Assembly: GCA_963721455.1 (NCBI GenBank)
Contig: CAVRJG010000067.1
Location: 1 to 14,891 of the forward strand
DNA: 14,891 nt
Direction of reading: 5' to 3'
Origin: an uncultured Methanosarcinaceae archaeon
GTDB taxonomy: Archaea; Halobacteriota; Methanosarcinia; Methanosarcinales; Methanosarcinaceae
A program made the position numbers and the translations under genes. This document shows positions 1-7,510 of the stretch, one piece after another. Within the stretch, counting starts at the first letter, position 1, and the number at the start of each line of letters is the position of its first letter. The notes under the pieces were generated by a model. The model saw only the letters and a program-made list of their open reading frames with translations. It was not told the DNA's origin and searched no databases.

Positions 1-32
1 ATGTGGCCTACACTTGACCAACGCATTGCTAT

Positions 33-913
33 GAGGCAAAGGAGTTGCTAACTGCGAATTTGAACCTGAAAATGCTGAAAAGCGATGAGAGATACTCATT
101 TTATCAAACTTTTATGGAATATGGTGGAGTCAAACAAAAGTGGGTTTTGTTGTTTTTGCTCACAAGATGAAAGATAAGAAAGAGGGAACTCTCGGAAAAA
201 AGATTGAAAAAGAGATTGAAAAAGCAGAAAAGGCTTTTAAAAAGCTGAAAGGAGAGGACTTTTTCTGCGAAGAGGATGCATTAAAAGCTGCGGAGAAATG
301 GATTCAAGAATTCCCGTCTATTGTGTTTGAAAAAGTAGATTTGAAAGCCATTAAGAAACGTGGAGAAGGTAAAAGAGGCAGAACTTCAAAAGATGAGAAA
401 TTAAATACTTATTACAGGATTGATGGCAGCATAAAGGTTAATAACGCTTTTGTTTTGAAAGAAATGGAGAAAATGGGACTTTTCATTCTTGCAAGTAATG
501 ATATCAGTATTTCTCCTGAAGAGATGCTAAAGTATTACAAAGGACAGGATAACGTAGAAAAAGGATTCAGATTCTTGAAAAGTGATACATTTAGCATATC
601 AAAAGTTTACCTCAAGAATAAAGCAAGAATCGAAGCAGTGACCATGATAATGGTTCTCTGCTTAATGATTTATTCAATAGCAGAATGGAAGCTGAGGACA
701 AAATTAGAGGAACAAAATGAAACTGTTCCAGATCAAAAAGGGAAACCAACAAAAAGACCTACAATGAGATGGATATTTTTCAATTTCCAGGGGATTACAG
801 AACTTATAACTCAGAAAGAAGAGAAAATAGAGTCAGAAATATTGAATATGGAAGAGATTCACTGGAAGATATTGAGTCTCATGGGGGAGAAATATGAAAA
901 TATATATCTCTAA
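33..913 (+). pseudogene. IS1634-family transposase, 5'-truncated and frameshifted
   Basis: The C-terminal part has IS1634-type motifs (FILASND, YYKGQDNVEKGFRFLKS, PDQKGKPTKRPTMRWIF). Transposase-like sequence (EAKELLTANLNLKMLKSDERYSFYQTFMEYGGVKQKWVLL) lies in a different frame from 33 to about 152 and shifts frame in the T-tract near 150-158. The ORF-track GTG start at 140 is therefore an artefact. Confidence 0.85.
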
Positions 914-922
914 TTACGTTAA

Positions 923-937
923 CCTGCCGAATGTAGG
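923..937 (+). mobile_element. Probable right terminal repeat of the IS1634 element
   Basis: CCTGCCGAATGTAGG lies 10 nt after the transposase stop and resembles Methanosarcina IS1634 ends as I recall them. The left end is not in the window. Confidence 0.55.
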
Positions 938-1104
938 TTTCTAAGTTCATCTCAACATATTATCAAAAGCATTTGCCGCATCCGTTATTGATAGCTCAAA
1001 AGTTTTGTTTAAAGCACCAAGAGTACGGGAGAAAATTTGGCATTTCTACAATAACTGAGGCTGTAGAACATGTAATAAAACGGAATTTATAAGGCATCTA
1101 CACA

Positions 1105-1162
1105 TTACCAGAATTTCCACCATCTCTTTTTTTCTCCAGGCCCCTCTATTGCCTTTAGATTA
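1105..1162 (-). repeat. Copy A of the gene 3'-end repeat (NLKAIEGPGEKKRWWKFW*)
   Basis: Near-identical to 1971-2030 and homologous to 1473-1530. Confidence 0.85.
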
Positions 1163-1197
1163 TTCCTCATGCATAAACTGTATAACATATAAACAAT

Positions 1198-1280
1198 TTT
1201 AAATACTAACCTCTCATAAATAACACTTACATTGTATTGAAAACAAAAAAATGGAGAATTAATAATCAATAAAAGGAGGT
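1198..1280 (+). promoter_or_regulatory. TATA-like box and Shine-Dalgarno for the small ORF
   Basis: TTTAAATA at 1198-1205 is preceded by a purine-rich stretch. AGGAGGT at 1274-1280 is 5 nt before the ATG at 1286. Confidence 0.55.
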
Positions 1281-1285
1281 AAATT

Positions 1286-1369
1286 ATGAACGCAAAACTC
1301 AAAGCATTATTATTTGGAGCATTGATGTACGCTTTAACGATTGCTCCAGACGTTGCACATCGTGCATAG
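1286..1369 (+). CDS. 27-aa hydrophobic, signal-peptide-like small protein (MNAKLKALLFGALMYALTIAPDVAHRA)
   Basis: Perfect SD at ideal spacing, upstream TATA box, downstream T-run (about 1408-1421). Basic N-terminus followed by a hydrophobic core. Too short for the ORF track. Confidence 0.6.
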   Translation: MNAKLKALLFGALMYALTIAPDVAHRA

Positions 1370-1472
1370 AATGTGTAAAATAAAAGATTTTTATGGACAT
1401 AATCCACTTTTTTTATTTTTTAATTAATGAATCCCATTAAATCATAAGAAAGCATTTTTCTTGTCCTTTTAT

Positions 1473-1550
1473 TTACCAAAACTTCCAAAACGATTTTTTC
1501 TTTTCTCCATGTGCCTCTATAGCTTTCTGATTGATCAGCGTTTGAACCTG
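1473..1550 (-). repeat. Copy B of the gene 3'-end repeat (QVQTLINQKAIEAHGEKKKSFWKFW*)
   Basis: Minus-strand translation matches the C-terminus encoded at 1971-2046. Homology stops abruptly at 1550. Confidence 0.85.
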
Positions 1551-1712
1551 TTTTTCAAGTGAAAAAATATGGTGTAGTCATACTCCGAATTGATTTTTGA
1601 TGAAAAACATAATGAAAACTTTTGGATATCTTAATACATAATAAAATCGTAATTAATATATAATTATTGTTCGGTAAAGAAATATTTTACGTAGGGATAT
1701 TTTTTGTTTAGA

Positions 1713-1969
1713 GACATTTTTTTGTATAATTAATTTAAAATATATATTGGGAGAATTATATTATTGTAACCTGAAACGAACAGATCAACAAGTCGTCGTA
1801 ACAGCCAAAGCATGTAAGTAAAGAATTGCCTGGAAGATGTTCTAATCCGAATAAATATTGATGGGGTATATTTTCGGATCTACTGTATCGGGGGCTATAG
1901 TAGAAAGAATGTAATTCTTCCAGGCTTTCTTTAATCTTTTAAATCGTTCCTTTTTCTTCTCTTTTTGCA
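1713..1969 (+). ncRNA. Candidate structured ncRNA unit, copy 1 (promoter, three-way junction, T-rich end)
   Basis: Stems 1819-1825/1927-1933, 1828-1837/1916-1925 (perfect 10 bp) and 1838-1843/1906-1911 enclose hairpin 1845-1879 (loop contains GGGG) and hairpin 1880-1903 (loop TCGGGGGC). Homologous to 6825-7054 on the minus strand. Confidence 0.6.
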
Positions 1970-1970
1970 T

Positions 1971-2320
1971 TTACCAGAACTTCCACCATCTCTTTTTTTT
2001 CTCCAGGTGCTTCAATTGCCTTCTGATTAATCAATGTTTGAACCTGCAGGAAATAATTATTATGCATTTGCTTAAGGTCCTCTTTATCCTGGCCTGCCTT
2101 CTCGAGTTCTGCCTTTAGTGTGGAGTTATGCCTTTCTAACTCTTCAGATCTGGCATGCAGGCGCGAGAACTCCCGAGGGTCCGGAGCTCCCAGCAGGATA
2201 TACTTAATCTTTCAATCTCATTTTTTAGGCTCTTATTCTCTGTCTCCAATTGTGTCCGGACTGTCTCCGGATGTCTCCGCTTTGTCTCCAATTGTGTCCG
2301 GAATGTCTCCGCTTTGTGCC
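1971..2320 (-). pseudogene. Frameshifted remnant of a coiled-coil protein gene ending in a WWKFW-type tail (copy C)
   Basis: Reads RTQLETENKSLKNEIERL / frameshift near 2205 / YILLGAPDPREFSRLHARSEELERHNSTLKAELEKAGQDKEDLKQMHNNYFLQVQTLINQKAIEAPGEKK / extra A in the A8 tract / RWWKFW*. No intact 5' end is recognisable. Confidence 0.7.
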
Positions 2321-2321
2321 C
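2241..2321. repeat. Eight TGT(C/G)TCC-type heptamers with 10-11 bp spacing
   Basis: Starts at 2241, 2251, 2262, 2272, 2283, 2293, 2304 and 2315 (the last is TGTGCCC). There is an exact 20-bp repeat at 2241-2260 and 2283-2302. Confidence 0.9.
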
Positions 2322-2599
2322 TGACCAGGGATAATACCAGCGTCGCTTAAATGAGATGCAAAGTAGATAACTTATTCAAGGGAAAAATATTGAAATCAGT
2401 ATCTAGAGGACTAATGTCATCAACATTTAGAAGTTATCATTATCAATTTAATTTTAAATTTTCGAGAAAAATGCTATCGAGAAAAAAATAAAAATGATTC
2501 TTACGTTCACCGGTCGAAAGAATAAACAATATGAGGAGACGGATAGCATGGCTAATTCTCAGTATAAGTTAATTACTTTGCGTCTAGTTTAAGTAACGC

Positions 2600-2718
2600 T
2601 GGTACTGGGCCGACAAGGAAACATTGTAAGCAATAGTACACATCAACTCAAAAACAGAAGAGTTCGAAACAGATCTACCGCATTCGCGGCAGGGTGTTTA
2701 ATGATCGTATAAACACTT
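2600..2718 (+). pseudogene. Degenerate IS1-family transposase N-terminal fragment
   Basis: Aligns with 3549-3667, sharing TCAAAAACAGAAGAGTTCGAAA and GTGTTTAATGATCGTATAAACACTT, with indels and loss of the Cys codons. Confidence 0.8.
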
Positions 2719-2773
2719 TCAGGAGCAAGAAAGAAAAAAGGAATTGGAAGTTATGACCACGTTAGAGAATATG

Positions 2774-3160
2774 TTAACGTCTTCCGCTTCGCCTAATTCG
2801 TTTGGTGGTTGTTTTTACTTTCGGTTTTGGTTTGTTTTCGGCATCTTGACTTACTGAGTTTTTATTTGCTGTGTCGGTCGGGTCTTTTGCGTCAACCTTT
2901 TTAGAGGGGTCTGAGGCATCCGTTTTTGTTGCAGTGTTGGGGGTAATGTAAGATTTTGCAGCCTGGATATTCCGTGTTACGTGCCTGTTCCAGAGACTTG
3001 ACCAGAACATCATTGACCAGAAACCAGAATGCCCGTTCTGACTATTATTAAATGAAGGTGTTGATGTATTGTTATCTTTTGCGGGTTGTTCCTGTCCGAT
3101 GCAACCGCTAAATCCGCTAGTAATTAGCAGCATAACTAATAAAAAACATATTTTTTTCAT
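2774..3160 (-). CDS. Putative lipoprotein, 128 aa, with a low-complexity basic tail
   Basis: MKK, a hydrophobic stretch and lipobox FSGC. Then an aromatic segment (GFWSMMFWSSLW), a T/D/K-rich region and an RRSGRR end. SD-like AAGAGG upstream. Confidence 0.8.
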   Translation of the reverse strand: MKKICFLLVMLLITSGFSGCIGQEQPAKDNNTSTPSFNNSQNGHSGFWSMMFWSSLWNRHVTRNIQAAKSYITPNTATKTDASDPSKKVDAKDPTDTANKNSVSQDAENKPKPKVKTTTKRIRRSGRR

Positions 3161-3202
3161 TAAAAAGCCTCTTGTACTTCAATTGAAGTGTTGAATTTCC
3201 AC

Positions 3203-3236
3203 AAAAAAGATACACAGGTTAAGCCCCTGTGTATCT
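3203..3236 (-). terminator. Perfect 11-bp hairpin followed by a U-tract, upstream of the lipoprotein gene
   Basis: AGATACACAGG (3208-3218) pairs with CCTGTGTATCT (3226-3236) around a 7-nt loop. A T-run follows on the minus strand. Confidence 0.55.
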
Positions 3237-3424
3237 GCCTCCGAATTGGCCGTGAATATCTCAAAGAGTTCTGAGGAGTTTTAGGCATTTTATTCTTTTG
3301 TATTGATTCCCTCATTTGAACCATTTTACTCATTTTTATAAGTTGTCAGCCTGAATTTCCTGTTTTTTTCTTTTTTAAGCTTCGTGTTTGTGTTTTTTTG
3401 CAATTATGCACTTAATGTTATTCA

Positions 3425-4006
3425 GGTGCCCCCATAATATTGAGTTGGTATTATATAATAGTAACAATAATGTGTACTTGATGGGGAAAAGAGGAGCAAA
3501 ACCCAAGTTTACTGACGTTCCATGTCCAAACGAAGCCTGTAAATTTTATGGTATTCCTGGACAAGGAAATATTATAAGCAACGGTACATATCAAATCAAA
3601 AACAGAAGAGTTCGAAAATATATCTGCCGTGAATGCGGCAGAGTGTTTAATGATCGTATAAACACTTATTTCTATAATCTGCGCAAAGATGAATCCGTCA
3701 TCGAATTAGCCCTGAAAATGTCGATGAAAGGAATGTCAATTGAGGGTATTGCTAATGTACTGGAAGTCCAACCGGTCACGGTTAGTAACTGGTTGTTTCG
3801 TGCAGCGAAACAATGTGATATTGTAAATGAAGATAAAATGAATGATCTCAATATTTCCAGGGTTGAGATGGACGAATTGTGGTTAATAATTGAAAAAAAG
3901 TTACGCCAATAACGGAAACTGAAGATGATGGAGCATGGATGTGGGTAAGCTTTGCACCTCAATCCAGACTAATAATTGACTTTAGAATAGGTCCCGGAAA
4001 ACAACG
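3425..4006 (+). mobile_element. Truncated IS1-family element (InsA-like ORF 3481-3912, -1 frameshift into an InsB-like DDE segment)
   Basis: MGKRGAKPKF start, zinc ribbon CPNEAC...CRECG, HTH region and VEMDELW. Slippery A_AAA_AAG at 3894-3900. The -1 frame continues DDGAWMWVSFAPQSRLIIDFRIGPGKQ and then loses similarity near 4006. Probable left IR GGTGCCCCCATAATATTGAGTTGGTATT at 3425-3452. Confidence 0.8.
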
Positions 4007-4445
4007 CGTGTACCATCACTATCCGATAGAAGATTTCCTCTGGGGAAGCCAACTTTTGAAATAATATTTGATAAGAATTCATCTGCCGGAAAACGGTCAA
4101 TACCTGCTAACTCATTTTACTATGTAGAGAGTCAGTTTAATTGCTTCACTCTTATATACAGAGATACCTTTATACATTCTATCACACCTTTTACATTCAA
4201 TTTCTTACTCAACAATAACCGATAACTGCCAGTGCAGCACCTAAAAGAGCTAAGAGAGGAATCGAGCGCAAAAAGGGTTTAAAAAACAGAAGAAAATATA
4301 ACGAGCCGATGGGCTTAAAACTGAAGGAAGAGCAAAAAGAGTTAGATTTGAAAGAGGATTAGAGGAAATTAAAGAAGAAATAAAGAAGAATTAAAGGAAA
4401 GTTAAAAAGAATTAAGGCGCTTCCTGCTTAGATTCGGGTGAAAAT

Positions 4446-6347
4446 ATGGAAAAATACGATTACAGTGAACTTGGGCTGAAAGCCGGGCTTGAAATTCACC
4501 AGCAGCTGGATTCGAAGGAGAAACTTTTCTGCAGGTGTCCGACTCTGATCAGGGATATCGGGGATTCGGACTTAGAGTTTTTCAGGTATCTCAGGGCTAC
4601 GGAAAGTGAGATGGGAGAAAAGGACAGGGCTGCGGTGGAGCAGACCAAAATCCGGAGGAAGTACATCTATAAGGCTTATGACACGACCTGCCTTATCGAA
4701 AACGACGAAGAGCCTCCGAGAGAACTCAATAAGGAAGCCCTGGACATTTCCCTTGGGGTTGCAAAGCTTTTCCGCATGAAACCTGTCGACCAGATGCATG
4801 TTATGAGAAAGATCGTGGTTGACGGGTCGAACACAAGCGGTTTTCAGAGGACTGCTCTTCTTGCAAGCGACGGGTATATTGAGACCTCTGAAGGGCGCTG
4901 CGGGATTGACAGCCTCTGCGTGGAAGAGGAAGCTGCCCAGAAAATCGAGGAGATCGGAGATTCGATCGTGTATTCCCTGGACAGGCTGGGAATCCCGCTT
5001 GTGGAAATTGCAACTGCGCCGGATCTCAAATCCCCTCGCCACGCAAGAGAGGTTGCTGAGCAAATAGGGATGATCCTCAGGTCTACAGGGAAAGTAAAGA
5101 GAGGGCTTGGCACTATCAGGCAGGATGTAAACATCTCGATTGCAGAAGGCGCAAGAGTGGAAATAAAGGGCGTGCAGGCCCTTGACCTCATAGAAGATAT
5201 TGTCCGCAGGGAAGTTGAAAGGCAGCTGAGCCTTCTTTTCATCAGGCAGGAACTTATGGAAAGAAAAGCCTTTGTCTGCGAGGAGATATACGACGTAACA
5301 GGGCTTTTCATAGACACAAAATCCAAAGTCCTGCAAAAAGGCGTGAAAAAAGGTGCAATCCTTGCTGCCCTTCTCAGAAAATTCGAGGGACTTGTAGGCA
5401 AAGAAGTCCAGCCGGGAAGAAGGCTAGGGACCGAATTTTCAGATCGGGCAAAGACTTCTGGCGTCGGAGGGATTTTTCATACTGACGAACTTCCTAATTA
5501 CGGGATAACCGAAAAGGAAGTCCAGGCCGTCAGAGACGCAATAGGTGCATGCCCGGGGGATGCCGTAATAATGGTTGCTGACGAGCCCGAAAAAGCCAGG
5601 CTTGCAATCGAAGCAGTTATCGCAAGGGCAAAAGAGACCCTCGAAGGAATCCCTGAAGAGACTCGAAAAACCCTTCCTGATGGGAACAGTGCCTATATGC
5701 GTCCCCTTCCGGGCGCTGCGAGGATGTACCCTGAAACCGATGTTCCTCAGATCGAAATCTCGCAGGAATACTTCGATTCGATTGAGACTCCCGAACTCCT
5801 GACAGACCGGGCAAAGCGCTTTGCCTCCGAAAGCAGCCTGAATAAAGAGCTTGCAGAAAAGATAGCTTATTCCAGACATCTTCCACTATTTGAAAACCTT
5901 ATCGAGACCTACAGGAAAGATGCAAACGTAAACTCAACCCTGATTTCCAGGACTCTTGTGGGGATCGTTCCGGAAATCCGGAGAAACGGGGTTGAAACGG
6001 ATAACCTTACGGATGAGCATTTCAAAGGACTTTTTGCAGCCATCTCAAACCAGGAAATCGCAAAGGAAGCAATTCAGGACCTTTTGACTGCCCTTGCGAA
6101 AGAACCTGAACTGACAGCCCAGGAAGCGATATCAAAGCTCGGGCTCAGTACCTTTGACCCCGAAGAAGTCGAAAATTTCATCAAAAATATGATCAGGGAA
6201 AAAGGAGACTTCATCAAGGAAAAAGGCCCGGCAGCCCTCGGCCCCCTTATGGGCATTGTCATGAAGGAATACAGGGGCACAGTCGACGGAAAAATCCTGA
6301 GCCAGATGCTTAAAAAAGAACTGGATTGCTTCATCAATCAGGGGTAA
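4446..6347 (+). CDS. gatE: Glu-tRNA(Gln) amidotransferase subunit E
   Basis: Motifs [76 protein letters not shown] and [14 protein letters not shown]. Length 633 aa. Confidence 0.98.
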   Translation: MEKYDYSELGLKAGLEIHQQLDSKEKLFCRCPTLIRDIGDSDLEFFRYLRATESEMGEKDRAAVEQTKIRRKYIYKAYDTTCLIENDEEPPRELNKEALDISLGVAKLFRMKPVDQMHVMRKIVVDGSNTSGFQRTALLASDGYIETSEGRCGIDSLCVEEEAAQKIEEIGDSIVYSLDRLGIPLVEIATAPDLKSPRHAREVAEQIGMILRSTGKVKRGLGTIRQDVNISIAEGARVEIKGVQALDLIEDIVRREVERQLSLLFIRQELMERKAFVCEEIYDVTGLFIDTKSKVLQKGVKKGAILAALLRKFEGLVGKEVQPGRRLGTEFSDRAKTSGVGGIFHTDELPNYGITEKEVQAVRDAIGACPGDAVIMVADEPEKARLAIEAVIARAKETLEGIPEETRKTLPDGNSAYMRPLPGAARMYPETDVPQIEISQEYFDSIETPELLTDRAKRFASESSLNKELAEKIAYSRHLPLFENLIETYRKDANVNSTLISRTLVGIVPEIRRNGVETDNLTDEHFKGLFAAISNQEIAKEAIQDLLTALAKEPELTAQEAISKLGLSTFDPEEVENFIKNMIREKGDFIKEKGPAALGPLMGIVMKEYRGTVDGKILSQMLKKELDCFINQG

Positions 6348-6487
6348 TTCCCTGCCTTATTTTTTCTCTCAATTTTTGGAGCTATCCCACTTTTTACCAC
6401 TTTTTTCCACATCGGCAGGGCTTTCACACCAGCATATTTTATTCAAATTCCACCCAGACTGATTTTTATCCTGCCAGTTTGCGTTTT

Positions 6488-6682
6488 ATAGTGATCACAG
6501 TGCAAATCTAAACTTCATAAACTATCTCCCCTATAATCAAGACCAACAAACAACAGAGGACCCAATTTGAAATCAATAAATGTGAACCTGGAGAGCCACA
6601 ATTACTGAATTGGATCTTTTGAACATATCTGAAATATACATTATATAATTTCTAAGGTAGAAATATTAACTGTGTTCACTAT
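6488..6682. mobile_element. MITE-like element, copy 1 (195 bp)
   Basis: Terminal inverted repeats ATAGTGATCACAGT / ACTGTGTTCACTAT (13/14 match) in a TA context, suggesting IS630 type. Non-coding. Diverged direct repeat of 7085-7278. Confidence 0.75.
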
Positions 6683-6687
6683 AATAG

Positions 6688-6726
6688 CATTAAACCTTTA
6701 ACTATCATACCATTAAACCTTTAACT
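6688..6726. repeat. 16-bp exact direct repeat CATTAAACCTTTAACT x2, period 23
   Basis: Copies at 6688-6703 and 6711-6726. Confidence 0.85.
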
Positions 6727-6824
6727 GTCTAAATAATGAATTTGGCCATAACGTCTATTGTACTTGATTTCATATCTCAAGTGCGTAAGTTACCTAATAA
6801 AAAAGGATAGTAAGTAAATTGAAG

Positions 6825-7054
6825 GCAAAAGTAGTAAGTAAAAACAGTACGATGAATCCCAGAGGTACTGAACCTCTCCTGTATCCCAATACAGTTACTC
6901 CGAAATTATGCTCCCCCAAGCATATTGGTTCGAAGAAGGATCAGCAACCCTTAGAAATGCCTTTAGTAGGGTGGATTACCCCTATTTACTTCCCGATCCC
7001 GCTAGTTACTAATAACAAAAACTATTTTAAATTAATTATTCAAAAAATTTTGTC
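6825..7054 (-). ncRNA. Candidate structured ncRNA unit, copy 2
   Basis: The minus strand reads TTCGAA..TATGCT-TGGGGG-AGCATA..TTCGGA and CTGTAT-TGGG-ATACAG, enclosed by a TGCTGA/TCAGTA outer stem. Shares the promoter-like block and 3' tract with 1713-1969. Confidence 0.6.
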
Positions 7055-7084
7055 CTAATGAAAATTATTACTAGATTAAAAATT

Positions 7085-7278
7085 ATAATGATCACAGTAA
7101 AAATCCAAACTTCCTAAATTATATCTCCTGGAATCAAGACCATCCAGCAACAGAGAACCCAATTTGAAATCAATAAATGTGGACTGGAAGGCCACAATTA
7201 CTGAATTGGATCTTTTGAACATACCTGAATTATACATGATATAATTTATAAAGTAGAAATATTAACTGTGTTCACTAT
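7085..7278. mobile_element. MITE-like element, copy 2 (194 bp)
   Basis: Termini ATAATGATCACAGT / ACTGTGTTCACTAT. Long identical blocks with copy 1, e.g. GCCACAATTACTGAATTGGATCTTTTGAACATA. Confidence 0.75.
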
Positions 7279-7510
7279 CACTGTTCAAGCCATGAACATA
7301 TCAGGTTGAACATCAGGAAAGTCCCATTCGGAGAAAAGTAATAAAACTTTACTCGTGAAATATGAAAGTTAACTTTTTATATTAATTGAGAAAATTCTTA
7401 TTTACAATATAAAAAGTGGTTTAATTAATACTATTTCTTACCGGTAGACGGTAAGAGACATAAAGTCCCTGAGAAGGTTACAAAAACCATAACCTTACGG
7501 AGAAGACCCC

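Noticed and set aside
1105-1407. 100-aa minus-strand ORF ending KKRWWKFW
   Set aside because: Only the last ~18 codons match the repeated gene end. The rest is antisense to the small ORF and its promoter.
1105-2321. CRISPR array interpretation of the repeats
   Set aside because: Repeats are unequal in length and protein-coding in origin, spacers are 300-400 bp or absent, and there are no cas genes.
2120-2350. 76-aa plus-strand ORF with LSPIVSG repeats
   Set aside because: It is the antisense reading of the heptamer array and the minus-strand pseudogene.
3388-3480. N-terminal extension of the IS1 ORF from 3388
   Set aside because: It crosses the probable left IR at 3425. ATG 3481 (MGKRG) is the plausible start.
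4240-4415. Purine-rich degenerate AAAGAAGAA(T)T repeats upstream of gatE
   Set aside because: Low-complexity tract with no defined unit or structure, typical of these intergenic regions.
4572-6511. Multiple antisense or alternate-frame ORFs over gatE
   Set aside because: Shadow ORFs of a conserved GC-richer gene, with no motifs.
6819-7058. 79-aa plus-strand ORF between the MITEs
   Set aside because: TTG start and no recognisable motif. The homologous unit at 1713-1969 conserves pairing and promoter, not an obvious protein.
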